Shown: one piece after another, positions 26,577-40,151 of the stretch
Position numbering within the stretch: the stretch's first letter is position 1
How the letters are laid out: every line of letters begins with the position of its first letter
Made by a program: the position numbers and the translations under genes
NCBI GenBank assembly: GCA_040954595.2
Contig: CM082598.2
Span: forward strand, 8,323,097-8,387,096
Source of the DNA: Balanoglossus misakiensis
Lineage: Eukaryota; Animalia; Hemichordata
Length of the DNA: 64,000 nucleotides
Direction of reading: 5' to 3'
Notes under the pieces: model-generated
Seen by the model: only the letters and a program-made list of their open reading frames with translations
The model's database searches: none
Told to the model about the DNA's origin: nothing

Positions 26577-27429
26577 CTCAGTATTTCATCCTGTTTTACA
26601 CGCATAAGCACAATTTAAACTGTGGAGCATACAGGGTTGTGACAAACAAGTACATCAGTCAGTTGCTATAGGCACACCCATGCGCTTTTATTGGTGGTGT
26701 TAATTCACGTCACTCATTAGTACGCCAGCCAATCGCATACCGTCGGATAATTTGCACAATCACATTGCCTGTATCATCTGATGTTATGCTTTTAAGCATT
26801 TGTACAAGACTAGTCCCTTTTCTGAAAGATGACCACAATTGGGATTATTTTGTGATTGTATACCATGAAATATCGTATAAATTAATGGACTTCAATGAAA
26901 CTGCATTGACATTTTTGCAAAATGCTTGTTATTTTAGTAAGAATAACCACAGTCTATGGGATGTGGTTTGGCCAATGGTTCTGTGCCCGCGAATTGATGT
27001 GGGGAATCCAATATTAGTCAGTTTTCACCACAGATTTTATATTCCCGAGCCAGGGTGTTCAAGTATCTCAATTTTCTGACTTATGAAACGTTGAATAAAT
27101 CAGGAACGTAATTAACAGAAATATTTGGTAAGTTGATATTTAATGAATAGTGCCGTGTTCCACAAAATACAAGGAACACATATACTGTATATACTGATGA
27201 TATATGCGAATTTTGGTCGAATGTCATCCAGAAGTTGGGTTAAATTTTGGGCCCGAGCTGATCAATCGTCGACAAAACCAACCCCACTGGTCACTTTTTA
27301 GCATGGAATTTAATATGCACAAGATAAAAGAAATAAAGAGAAGCCTATTATGCAGATATGGTTAATCTAAGAGAACCACTATGCAAATGTCGCCGAACAT
27401 ATCCATAAGTAGTCATCCAACCATTCCGA

Positions 27430-29243
27430 ACTGTCTAATGGTTCTTGAGAAACAGTTCTTGAAAGAAGTGTTTTCAAAGATTTTTGTCATATTTCGAAAA
27501 ATTATATGGCCACCACAGGAATTTTAAGAGTTGCGCGCGCGTGCCAGAGGCTTTTTGATGACTTCACGTTAAAATTTGTAATGCAATTTCTATCTAGTAT
27601 ACCTGACACTTTGTGTTTCTTTTCTCCCGAATATGTATTCTTCAAGAGGTGTCAAATGACATTATTAGATCGTTAAATTGCTTTTATCAATAATAAACTA
27701 TATTGAAATGCCTGTAACAATTGTTCAATTCCTATCTCTGTCACGAACGTTTTTGCTTCTTTTGTGTCAGCGAATTAAATGTCATTTTCTTGCATTGTTA
27801 ATGTGTGGCAGGTAAATAGAAAAGGCCGTAGCTTTTGTCTGAGTTACAGGCTCTTCAGATAATCGGGCAACCAGACTTCTGTGCCTCTAAGCATACATTT
27901 TGAAGCGACTTAACAGTTTTCTCGGGCAGACAGGCGTATGCTCTTAAATGGCTGGTCAATACATTGAAATTGTATAAACCCGTCCATCTAATCTGTTTCC
28001 TACGTACTATTAATGTCAAATAATTGCCATGCGGTATGCGTCACGTCTGTTTTGATACAAAAGCTTAAACTGTAGGCCTGGTGTGAAAGCGTTGAATTAC
28101 ATACTGTACGCATATATAAAGATTGAAATGCATCGAATAAAGGTCAAAGGTTAGGGAAAAATTGTCCTAAAATTGGCTATTTTTAAACCAATTCCCGTCA
28201 ATATTCAACACACATCATTCGTCTGCAGTAAACATCCCCCCCCCCCTCCCGAAAAAAGTAGTCATAGAGCAGAAGCAAAGCATTTCCCAACTGTCTGGAA
28301 TGACCAAAAACTTATTAAACACGTCATCCATATGATAAAGTAGGGAAAGTTTTAACCGCAAATGCCATCGGCTACTATATGAATTTTACGAACTACTTGC
28401 GAATGGCGGCGCGGCGTGTGATACATGTACGGTGTCTAAATTAATAAATTGAAATTTGAGCAGTATAACGACTGATTGCAAGAGGCATTGTGTATGATAT
28501 GTTGTCTACATTTATAATGCAATTTAACAGATAGCTGATACTCTTATTTTTCTCCCGATACACATTCTCATTTTTCCTTTGCCGGGGCCAGAAGTTACGA
28601 AATGACATTAACTCGCATTATTAATATTTAACTAAAGTGAATTGAATTGAATGCAGCAAATTAATTGTTTAATCTCAAGATCTATCACAAGATTTTATTG
28701 TGTGACACGTAAATTAATGAGGCCGCAGCTTGTTTCTTAGTCTTAGACAAGTATGGCTTCTGTACTTCTATAGTTCCAGATTGTGAAGTGTCCATTGCTA
28801 TTTTCCTAGTCTGGCCCTGCCCAATCCCAGCGACTGGATGCAGAGTAGCTCCAGCGGCGTGAGAAAGAGACAGGGAACCAGACTAGTCTGGTCGTCCACT
28901 GCCCCATTCCCATCACTAGCTGCGTTACCCCTAACGGTGTGTAACTTGTAAGAGTACATAAGAGTTTTTCAAGATTCCTTATCCCCTGTGAGAGCATATG
29001 CAAACTGGAGGGTCTGACCACGTGATCAAAAACCAGATGGATGCCTCCAATGTCCATACGCCAATGAGCAGTCCGGGTAATATCTCAGGGTGGCATAGTA
29101 GGATTAACCAATCGGCAATCGCCATTGCGTTACGTCATGAATAATTAATCACCAAAGTTTTTCACCATTTGTGCGAAGCTTCTTCGGTTATTTTCGGTGA
29201 TTTTGACCCTTTACTTTGACGCATTAGGCAGTTTGGCTATGTA
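27430..29243 (+). repeat. ~1.8-kb direct repeat B, copy 2
   Basis: Nearly identical to 20975-22790 with small indels. Confidence 0.95.
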
Positions 29244-29945
29244 CGCTGCGTTTTTTATCTGTCGGGTATAAGAAACATGCAGGGAAACTTGGTCATTTTT
29301 TGTCGCGGTTCACTTGGGCAAGTCTGAATACGGAGTGCTCAGCAGAGAGAAAGGAAAAACTCACTAAAACCGTGTCTTTCCGTCAGCATGACCAACCAAG
29401 GAGCGAAAAAGTCGTTATTTAGGCCGTAATAAAGCGTTTTTGTCCCCGAGGAGTGAATAAAGAACGGTCAGATCGTTGTGGGGTAGGGAACTCTTCTTCG
29501 CACCGCTGCGGTGCAGGTAACTCGTATTTGCACCGCTGCGGTGCAAATAAGATCATTGGAGTTATGCTGCAAAATAGTGCGGAAAAATTCCGACTTTTTC
29601 GAATATGCATCGTGATTGCGAAGGGTTCAGGAAGGCTAGCCTTTTACCTGAACGTGTCAACTGATGTTGGTTCGAGACCACTTTTTTCTATTTTTTTTAG
29701 AGAACTTTTAACGACATTGCCATTGTAATTTTTATAATTTTCATAAATCCAATTCATTTCAATATCTACGCTGCGTTTTTTATCTGTCAGGTATAAGAAA
29801 CATGCAGGGAAACTTGGTCATTTTTTGTCGCGGTTCACTTGGGCAAGTCTGAATACGGAGTGCTCAGCAGAGAGAAAGATAAACTCGCTAAAACCGTGTC
29901 TTTCCGTCCGCATGACCAACCAAGGATCGAAAAAGTCGTTATTAT
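29242..29945 (+). repeat. Two ~175-bp direct repeats (29242-29420 and 29767-29945)
   Basis: tacgctgcgttttttatctgtc...gaaaaagtcgttatt occurs twice. Confidence 0.9.
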
Positions 29946-31362
29946 TTAGTCGTTACTTATGATGGTCATAAATACATCTTAGTACTTACTCATTACTTTA
30001 CTAAGTTTCCATTAGCATATCCATTACGTAATGCACGAGCTAGGACAGTTGCTAAGCTCTTGTTTGATGAAGTAATTGCTACTTATGGAAGCCCCAGAGT
30101 TTTGCTGAGTTGATCAGGGATCGACTTTTTTATCCCAGGTAGTTCATGAAACTTGCAAATATTTCAACATCCAGAGGAAAGTTTCTACCCCTTATCGTCC
30201 ACAGACCAATGGCCTTACAGAGCGTTTCAATGGTTGCTTAGTCGACATGCTGTCCATGTTTGTTGATAGTAAACAGAAAGATTGGGATCGGTACCTAAGT
30301 TCAGTGCTTTTCGCTTATAGAGTTAGTCCTCAAGAGTCCAGTGGGTTCAGCCCTTATTATCTGTTATATGGTCGGCATCTCACATTGCCCATGGATGTTG
30401 AATTCCAGCCAGTTGAGGGTAGGACAAGAAATATAGATACACACCTTAAAGGTCCCATGCCATGCCCTATACGACCCCGCGTAAAATCACTATTTGGGTC
30501 TTGAAGTTAACGTATGTTACTATCTTGCAATGCGTTTTGCCCCTTGTGCTTAGATAACAAGCAAGTAAAAGTGGCGGGTGGGCGTGTACCCCTAACCCAA
30601 CTCAGTCGATTTTTTTCGGCTTTTCGAAGTTAAGCCGAAGACTTATCTTGATGTGGACAAATAGTCTTTCACACCTTTGTAAATCCTCTGCCTGCAATGT
30701 GAGGCAAGGGCTTCCTTTGCTTTGAACACTGTTTATATAGCTTGTCTTTGTCTGTGGACGTAATTACTCATGGACCGCTAATTACACTTTACTGTAAACA
30801 GAATGGTACACTACGACGTAGTGTACTTGTTTGTCCATATGCAAATACCTTCGCCTGGCTCGAGTGCGAAGTGGCTCCCTGATCACAGGCATGAAAAAAG
30901 GGGGCAAATTCCGGCATTCGCGCACATTTTTCGGAACCGACACAATAGGCAATGTATAGACAGGTACCCTAGGTGAGCTTTTGACGTGGAAAAATGAAAA
31001 CTTTCCAAAGCATGACATGGGACCTTTAAACATTTAGCTGCTAAGAGGGAGATAGCTCATAAAATCGCCAAAGAGAATACAGATCGATATCAACAGAATA
31101 TGAAGGACCGTTATGATCAAAATATCCAACGGTCATAAAATCTTAAAGTGGGGGATCCTGTATATTTATACACACCTGCTGTTAAACCAGCAGTTAATAA
31201 GAAATTCGTACATAAGTGGACAGGTCCTTACATTATTTCTGTGAAGGTGGGTCCTGTTAATTACAAGTTAAGTTTCATAAATAGCACCAGGAATTATCGT
31301 AAAGTCATACATGTGAATAGACTAAAAAGAGCTTATTTGCACCACTCCGACTTTGACTCACC
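29945..31362 (+). pseudogene. Gypsy/Ty3 integrase fragment, disrupted and inverted relative to RT
   Basis: YGSPRVLLS-DQG, STPYRPQTNGLTERFN, DWDRYL..VLFAYR...SGFSPY, GD.VYL...KWTGPY (GPY/F motif), VIHVNRLK. Confidence 0.88.
30450..31025. mobile_element. TTAA-target MITE (Kolobok-like, AG...CT ends) inserted in the integrase
   Basis: TTAA at 30446-30449 and 31026-31029; 16-bp TIR AGGTCCCATG(C/T)CATGC; removing it restores the integrase frame (IDTHLKHLAAKREIAH). Confidence 0.9.
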
Positions 31363-31419
31363 CTCATCTGTGAGTCGTGTGAAGAAAACGGTGTCCCAGA
31401 ACCCACAAATTATGAAAAT

Positions 31420-32760
31420 AATACCCTAGAATTGGTGCTTGACACAGAACATGTTTTAATTTCTTGAATGCATGTTCGCATCGATCATCCCATTCAAATT
31501 TCGTGTCCTTTCCCAACAATTTATGTAGAGGCCTAGCAATGATCGAGCAATTCTTTATAAACTTTCTAAAATAATTGGCCAACCCAAAAATGATTTCAAC
31601 TGTGTGACAGTATGAGGACGGGGATATTCTTTAACAGCTGTTACTCTTGTCAGCCGCAATTCCATCCTTACTGATAATATGACCCAAAAATTTAACACTC
31701 TTTCTCATAAATTGACATTTGCTGGGCTTTAATTTCAATCCAGCTTGACGTAACCTGGTTAGGACAGTATCAATGTGTTGAAGATGCTCCTCAAAAGAGC
31801 TGCTAAATATAATAATATCATCGATATAACATAACACATATTGCCACATAATATTGCGTAACACGTGTTGCATAGTACGCTGAAAACAACTGTGACTATT
31901 TCGCAACCCCTGGGCAAGTCTCCTGTATTGATATAAACCTTGATGTGTGACAAAAGCTGTTTTTGGTGTACTCTCTTCATCTAATTCCAATTGAAAAAAA
32001 TCCTGACAGTAAGTCAAGCGTCGAAAAATACTGAGGCTTATTCTTGCCTAACATTTCAAGAGATTCGTCCGTTCTGGGTAAGGGAAATGAATCAGGCACT
32101 GTAATATTATTTAAATGACGGAAATCTGTGCAAAAACGCCACGAACCATCAGGCTTTTTGACTAAAATTACTGGACTAGCAAACGGTGAAGTAGACGACT
32201 CGATAATATTTATTTCTAACAGCTGATCAACTTGTCGCTCAAGTTCACGTCTTTTCTCAGGCGTTACTCGGTAAGGTGGGCGACGGAACGGGGCAGCACC
32301 CTCTTGTAATCGTATTCTATGTTTGATTACATCACAGTTGCCTAAACGACCACTAGACTCAACAAAAGCTTCCATATTGTGCAGTAAAACATCTCTAAGC
32401 TGTTTACGCTGTGCCTTAGTTATCTCTAATTCATTAAGTTTCAATTGACCCATCAAATAATCCGTCTCTTTCTGTGTATAGGGCCCTTGAGGTGAGACAC
32501 AATTAATGGCATTATTATCGAGTTGGATTATTTGACTATTACAGGGCAAGGGCGAAAACATTCCAACAACACTGTTTTTCTTAATTTTGGCCACTGTATC
32601 CAAAGTGTTTACAACTCGCATGGGAAGAATATTCTTATTCCAATAGGCCAACCCCTTAGCTACCAAAATACCTTGGGTTAATTGTGTTCGTTTATCAGAA
32701 ATATCAGTAAAATATTTATACGGCACTTTCACTGGAATAACCATTTCACTTCCAGGTGAT
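31420..32760 (-). pseudogene. Gypsy/Ty3 reverse transcriptase, frameshifted
   Basis: PFRRPPYR, SPFASPVILVKKPDGSWRFCTDFR.LN, STLDL.SG, KTAFVT, GL.NS, CYIDD, LKPSKC, NYFRKFI, APIL. Confidence 0.92.
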
Positions 32761-33699
32761 CCACGGAGACACGTACCTGATCCACATTCATTTATTATCC
32801 AGAATTATTATAGTACATCAAATACGCCCAGTAAAGTACACGAGGAAGGGAACGAGCTCAGTAGCCTGAGGTACTCCCATCTCCCGTTAGATTATTCTCT
32901 TACAACTATAATTACTTTTCTCAAGGCGTGGTTAATCATGTAAAATATCACACATACAATGTGTTACAATTTCATTGGGCATCAATTCAACTCTACACGT
33001 AACAATTTACATAAAGCTTTATATAACAAAGTCAGTTCGATGATGATTGACAACCAGAGCAGTCTGTTAAACACCAGCTCTCCCTATCTACTTCAAATGC
33101 ATAAAATCAAATACTATCAAACATTGACATTCCCGAGCTCTGGATTAATTGACCCTTAAAATCATATTTGACCTTTATACAGATCGTAACAGCGTATTTG
33201 TTCGAAAAAAACTACGGGTTGTGAATTTTGACCACTGCATCGAGCCCCACTGAACAGAAGTTCTTGATTTTGGTGCCATATAGATTTGTTGATTGATTGA
33301 GAATGCAATTCTGACAAATATACCTTTTGTGAAAATTTTGAGGAAAGCCTTGTACATTTATTTTTCGAATGCGACGGTATTATGTCATTTTGGAAGAATG
33401 TAAAGTTGCAATGGCAGACAAAGTGTAACATTGTCATTGAGCTTTTCCCTTTGTGGCGTCCTATTGGTATGAAAGAGAATTCCAAAAGAAACGATGCAAA
33501 AATGATTGTTTGACCTTGAATAACTTTATATTACAAACAAAGAAATGTATTTCTATGTCTAAATCCAAGTCACGGCTCTCATCTTTTTTTTTGATAAAGC
33601 TTAGAGTAAAATAAGTGGACATGTCTTTTGGTTGGTAGTTGTCTTGCCGTTATGTCCTTTTTTTCATAATTTTGCTCACGGTTGTATTCATTGAATGGC

Positions 33700-33965
33700 G
33701 TTTCTAGAGAGCACAAATACTTTGAAGGGTTTTATACCATATAACGAACTATTAGCCTTGGAGCGAAGCAGAGCGCCCTGTATTTTACTTAATTACATCT
33801 GCTCATTCATAGAGTATTTTTACCTTGATAACGATGAAAATATTGTCTTGGGGAATTTAACCTGAATATTTTGACCAAGCAATGGAGTCCCTTAATTGGA
33901 GCAACTTTTTAATGCGCAAACTCACCCAGTGTCAGGTACTCTTTTTGATCATATATATGTGAACT
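33700..33965 (+). pseudogene. Degenerate AP-endonuclease remnant of a LINE
   Basis: Fragments read IVLG.FN and THPVSGTLFDHIYVN, resembling the GDFN and T.IDHI motifs. Confidence 0.4.
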
Positions 33966-35249
33966 ATTTTATAAATAAGTGGGCCGGTGTTTAGAAGTGT
34001 TCTATGGGATTTTTAGAGCAACCGGTTACCCAATGATCAACAGAGACTTGAGAACAAGCTTTTTGTGCGCATGTTTGCACTTCGCATGACAACGATATTC
34101 TGTAAATAAATGGGGCGGTGTTTAAAAGTGTTCCATCGGAATGTAACACTTCACAGGTACCTCCGACGCATATAATTGATGTTCTGTTCGTGGGGGGCAT
34201 GGGATGCGCAAATTCGAAAATGTTTTGTTAAACCTTGCCCTAGACATCATAAAATATCACAACTATAATTATTATATAGTTGACCAAATGGTAATCACAA
34301 GGCTCTTTGATTGGAGGACTGGCAGTTATGTTTATCTAGTAGTGCATTTTTAGTTTTTTATATTTTCACGTTGTAGAAAATCATAAAAACAAAATGTCGT
34401 TTCGTGTGTTTCGACTGAACATTCGAATATGACTCTCCGACTCTTTTAGGCCTTGCTCTTTCCCCTTTTCTCCCCAAGTTAAGTTTTGGTTGTATACATT
34501 ACTCAGACACCACACTTTGCCACTATGCTGTCCATTTTTCCGATAATCCCGAGGGACGGAAATGTTAACGTAAAATACAACCGCCAAGCGCAGGATATCG
34601 ACGTTGAACGACGACACAGCAGGTTTTTTCCGCATTTGATAAAGAGTGCCCTCTAGCGACGAATTAAATTTATTGCAGCCTAGCCTCAGCCTAGCCCGAG
34701 GTGTCATAGAATCAGTGTTCCCATGGAACTCTACAGTACAATCCCTAATGAGACGATTCCTTGTAATTTAATTTCCAGGATGATGTGATAATACAAAAAG
34801 GGATAGATAAACGTATTGCAATTCCTGATTGTTTACATGCAGTTTATGGTTTTGTATACAGTGGAAATATCGTGAAGTTTATTTTCACTGAAAAAATTAT
34901 GAGCTATTCACTATGATTGTATTTGCACTTTTTCTCAATAAAGAATATGAAACATCATTTGCACTTTGATTTCATCTTAGCGGAAATTTATCCAGATAGT
35001 GAAAAGAAATTTGAAGTGAAAATAAAGTTACACTTACTGTCATTTCAATATAAAGATGTATGTGTTGATGGATTGTTCAGTTTCAAAGGTATAACATTAT
35101 TCAATTTAATGTTTGCCCTACGAATTAATAGTTTTGAAAAAAGTAAATTCGCATTTCAAATATGTATTTCAAGACCTAACAGTAGTTTGAATCCATAATT
35201 AATATTTTTCAGGAATGATAAATAACAATAAAAGTGTCACCTGTGTTCT

Positions 35250-35480
35250 AATGCCAAATGAAATAATATGTGATGTTCCGATTACGTTTATCAAAAACAG
35301 GGTAGGTAGGTAGGAATGTTTTTTGCGTGATTCTCTCGATTTTCATAATTTTTTTATATTTGACATTGCCATGTTTTTTTTTACTTCCGGATTAGGATAC
35401 TTTAAAAGGTTTAGGGTCGGCGGGCTAAAATTAGGATAGGTCGGCTAATCGGAACAGAACGTATTTTTTTATTTGGCCTA
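35250..35480. mobile_element. Zator-like MITE
   Basis: Right end ttttttatttggcct(aa); left end (at)gccaaatgaaat; internal ttccgatt/aatcggaa inversion and gggtaggt/gggtcgg motifs. Confidence 0.45.
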
Positions 35481-36229
35481 ATTTTCAGTTTGTAACTGCG
35501 GGCTGGTAGTCCCTTCATTTGCATTGCTGGTGGTGGTCAGCAGTATTGGCCTGAGGGAGTAAAAAATATAATTTTTTCATCACATAGTCAATTTGTAAAT
35601 AGAAATTTGTGTTATATATTAAATGTATTCCAATTTACATTATTGTTTTAAGGCCGAGTTACATGGGTCACTCTGTGCTCAAGATTCATCGAAAACATAT
35701 ATCCGATTTCATTATTAAATAATTATTCACCGCATTTTTTTCCTGAGTAGAGCCAGATCATGTAGTTCCTGATTTAGAAAATGACAAATTAACAACATCT
35801 TCGCATGTGCAGATGTCAATGTGATTATTGGACCAGTTCAGCCTATATTCTACCCGCATTCTTAGGGATGATGGTGGCAGTTATATCGCCATCATGACCG
35901 AGAACTGCTGTAACTCTCGTCATCCGTTTTTTGGCAACCACTTATCTACATCCGATTTTACCTGCCTACGGTATGTCATTTTCTCCCCAACACAACCATT
36001 TTACTACCAGGAGGAATGATTGTGTCCTAACAAGCCGGAATATGAGTACAGTATGACTTGGGGCGTATTATCTGTTCCAGTTTATGTGCACAAGAGATTT
36101 TTTTCCCTCAGTCTCTTGTAATGCCTCTTTACGGAAAGGTACCCGGATGTAAATCAAAACGAGGCTATAGGGGGCACAGCAGGTCAGGCACAAGGCGCCA
36201 TTGTTTGAACAAAGTTTGTTTACATAACC

Positions 36230-36395
36230 ATGAATGATCAGGCATCAGTCGTCGAACTCGGTGATGTTCAGCTGGTTCCAGCGGACATACCTGGGTCAGA
36301 TCTGAACAGTCGTGATCCTACAAAGCTTAGGGTCAGTGAATTAGCGTTCTGGCTTCGTGATCGGAGACTCAGTGTGACTGGCAATAAGAAGACTA
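36230..36395 (+). pseudogene. Truncated SAP-domain N-terminus of the ISL2EU second protein (normally a YqaJ-type nuclease)
   Basis: DIPGSDL..RDP..LRVSELAFWLRDRRLSVTGNKK is SAP-like; the ATG lies just inside the left TIR. Confidence 0.6.
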
Positions 36396-36424
36396 TGGAT
36401 ATATGCAAGATAATTTATACAAAT

Positions 36425-36459
<35 letters not shown>

Positions 36460-36986
36460 TTAATCATTGTCTACAAGTTTATTTCATAGTTACATAAATT
36501 TCAGGAATTAATCAAGAAGACATACTAATTTCCCTGTCAAATTTGCAAGTAATGATGTAGTGATTGTTTGATATATGAATTGATTTACAAATTTAACCAT
36601 TTTGGTCAACATTCTAAATACCAGGTCCTTCAACATTTCAAGAGCTGTGACATCACTCTACATGCTTCAGTCAACAGGACAACATCATGACCTTATGAGG
36701 TGAAAACCAAAATTCATTGTTGCAGCTCATGTTTGGTTATTTAAGTTTCTTGTCAAATATTGTTTGTATTCTTCTTATTGAAATCGATTCAATCACTGGT
36801 TGTCACAGATTGACTCACACCCTTCACATGGACATAATGCATGACTACTCCAATTATTTAATTTTTGGTATGTACCAAAAATTGTTTTATAGAAGAAGTC
36901 ATGCATTATAACCACCCATAGGGTGAGAGTTGAACTCTAACAACCGGTGATCAAGTATACTTCAGTGAGAAGAAGAACATAAAATA

Positions 36987-37238
36987 AAGGTCATTGAACT
37001 TAATGCTCATCACTCAGTGACCTTGTTGACCCCACAATAGGCAATACCCTTCATGTTTCCAAGAGATGAAATCATATATGGAAAAGTAGCTCATATATAA
37101 AATAAAAACATAAAATAATATTCCAAAAGAAAATAAATAATGTAATAATGTAAAAATGAGCGACTTTTCGAACATGAAGGTTATTGCCTATTGGGTCAAC
37201 AAGGTCACTGAGTGATGACCAGAAGTTCAATGACCTTG
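36987..37238. mobile_element. Small palindromic MITE within the ISL2EU element
   Basis: aaggtcattgaactt...cactcagtgaccttgttgaccc...catgtt has an inverted copy at ~37170-37238. Confidence 0.6.
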
Positions 37239-37379
37239 CAAACACCACAATAGACACACCCTCACATAGCCATGTATCCAGAACTTACAGTCCCCACAGA
37301 TGACAATACCAGGCATATATTTAGCACTACAAAGTGGATCACTTTAATCATTGTTTAACATAATCATAATTAATTACAA

Positions 37380-38808
37380 TTAGCATGACAGCACTGGCCT
37401 CTGAAAATTCACAATAGAGCAACAGACAACCCATATCTGTTTTATAGATCCGTACAAAGTTAGTGGAATCACGTGATCAAATATGTGCCACGCCTTCACC
37501 CTGCCTATAGCTCGTTCAATGTGTATGCGAACACTTGCAATTCTCTGAGTTTCAAAAACATCATTACAGCTCATTTGCTTTTGACCAGGTCGACGTTTTG
37601 AAGGAATTTTTAGTGTCACCCTTCGTTTGATAAGTAGATCATCCAAATCAAACCCTTTGTCTGCCATTAAACTATCGTTTGGCTCCAGCAAGTCGAGAAG
37701 ACCACATTGCTCAGTGATGACTCTATCTGATGCTGAGCCCCCAAATAACGGACTGATAAAAGTCACGGCAACAGCAGGATCTATTGCAACAAGGCCTTTC
37801 AAAGTATCATGGGTTTTGTACTCACACCACAGTTCCAACTGTCTCCCATAGTCACTGGGTGTTTCGCATTTAATTTCTGTGCAGTCGATGATGCACCTGG
37901 TATCAGGATAACTGGATTTGAAAATCTCAGGCATATGCTCATTGACTTTTTGTCTCGATGGCCAAATGGGCAAACTTACAAATTGTAAATACATAAAATT
38001 AATCCAAGTAATACAAATGTCAGATTCAACGGAAATTGAAACAGAAAAGCACTTGGCTAAATCTCGCTCAAATAAGCCCAATCTCAAACGATAAAGTAAT
38101 AAAAAAAATCATCGATAGGCTGCATCGATCGTGGTCTTCCAGTTTTTCTGGCATCGCTGTCCGGACTCGGAGTGCATGAACGTTCTCTCGCCCTTCTGTG
38201 TGCATACTACCAGTAATGCAAATGTTCGGCGCACGGTTTTAAATATTCGTAGCACCCGACTAAAGTTCTGTAATCCGGAAAGCCGGTATAAATGTCATCG
38301 TCACTACACGAAAAACGGTCCAGTCCAAACTTATAAATGTCTAGTTGCTGTCTAGTTGTAGATTTTCTTTCTTCAACTGTTGATTTTCTTTCTCGAGTCG
38401 TTGAACTTTGTCGGCAAGAGTAAGACATTCCTCCGGAGTAAGGGGTCCTAACACCGCTGAACTGGACTGGGGCGAAATGTTAGCTGATGTCGTTGTGACG
38501 GGCAGACGTACGCTATCATCAACGAGACAGAGACAGGGTAGCTGTGGATTTTGTCCAGGGAAAGATGGACGGTAAAATTCCTAGCTTTAGATATCGCTTA
38601 CCGCCAATCCGATCTTGAAGTCTGGTGTCTTGAAATGTGCAGAACAGAGACACGTATTTGGTGTTACGGCGAAATCGTCTGCTCGCCGCATCAGCGCGAT
38701 CCACACTTTCCGACGCTTTTCGTCAGTGGGAAATGTATGCCACGACAGTTCTGGACACTTATTGGCTTGGTTATTACACAGGGCTGCAGCACAATACCAC
38801 GTTCCCAT
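37380..38808 (-). pseudogene. THAP-DDE_Tnp_4 (Harbinger/ISL2EU) transposase, frameshifted
   Basis: THAP: YCAAALC...WHTFP....RKVW...LCSAHF. HTH region: YTGFP. Catalytic motifs: IIDCTE, MADKGF, IASVRIHIERAIGRVK. Confidence 0.9.
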
Positions 38809-38929
38809 TGTTTAAACGTAGTACGCCTTACGTACGCAAAAGATTAGTGTCACTAAACAAACTTTGTTCAAACAATGGCGCCTTGTCCCTGACCTGATTT
38901 TTCCCTTGGTCTCTTGTAATCCTTGAGAG

Positions 38930-39920
38930 ATGTCTACCCTTTCCCAAGTAGTCCCAAGCTCGATAGCCCAATCTCACCCGTGTCGTTGGGGTTTAACTCT
39001 ACAACAAAAACGGGCACAACAGCAGTATTCACAAGTAATGAAATTAATATGTCCGCTACCCGAAGTACTTCTTGTGTGTTCTTCCAAAAAGCATGAACAG
39101 GTTCGCAGAACTCCCGCAAGCATGGCCTCTTTTTAAGTGGTATTTTCTCAAACCATTGTTCAGCGACAAATGTATCTGTCGCATCTGTATCGACTTGGAT
39201 ACGACCTTTCACCTCTTCTAAGGCGTGTTTTGCCACACCAGTGTTTTGGCGCATTTGCCTGGCTAGCTTGGGGAGTATTTAGTTGGGCGATATCTGGTGA
39301 TGGTGCTTGTCGATCATTTTTCCTTCTTTATGTAAATGCCCCTTTTGGTTGTTACCCCAACATACACCTGGTGTTCGCTTTGTTAAAGGTTTTTCCTTCA
39401 ATAACCACGTATCAGTATGCACCTTCTCCATGCTGTCCTTCAAGGCATTTAATACTCTTGTAAAGTTCATTTAAACGATCTGGGGAACCTCTCTACTCCA
39501 GAATTGACTTGACACTAGACCGATTTTACTATAACTGCTTTCACGCTGTAGTTCTTGCACAGTTTCTTCAAACGTCGCCCCTGCAGCCACATTTAACTTC
39601 CGACACACTTCAAGTCTATCTACTGCATCAACATATGCATCAATTAACATTTGCTTAAATACAGACCCAGAATCATCTGGATAAGCGACGGAAACAAGGT
39701 CGCGGATATCTTGTGACACAGACTGAAGGCTTTCGTCCCTTTCTGTTTTATTTGTCTTAGTTGTAAACGAACTATGTCCCCCTGTCCAAGCAATCCAAAT
39801 ATTTGTACCAGTTTATCACACAGTTGTGTGTAACTCAGCTTACCATGATTCAAGGATTTCAACAGTTGGATTGCTGGTCCTGCATCCAGCATCGCTTGCA
39901 AATATCTATCCACCTCATTT
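38930..39920 (-). pseudogene. Gypsy gag / degenerate zinc knuckle / protease remnant
   Basis: LRQIKQKG..SL.....DIRDLVSVAYP (gag-like), VCWGNNQKGH (decayed CCHC), VDTDATDTFV (decayed DTGA); same strand as the RT at 31.4-32.8 kb. Confidence 0.6.
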
Positions 39921-40151
39921 AGGTTATGCAACTCATAAAAATATGTACTAAAATTGGATTTGCAACTTTACAGTGACATTTGCCATACATAGTGTACAAG
40001 GCAAATTCCTTACTTTGATAGATGTGTAAAACATTTGGAAATGTAGTGTAAAATGTAGTGTAGCCAACCCAAAAGAGATGTACAAAATGTTTTTTGAAGA
40101 ATCTGTTTTCCATACTCTAACTGGATATATTAAGAACTCTGTATTAGTTAA

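Larger units (their letters stand above)
36180..38896. mobile_element. ISL2EU (PIF/Harbinger group) element, internally deleted
   Basis: ~41-bp TIR caggtcaggcacaaggcgccattgtttgaacaaagtttgttt (36180-36220) and its inverse (38855-38896); two convergent genes inside. Confidence 0.85.
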
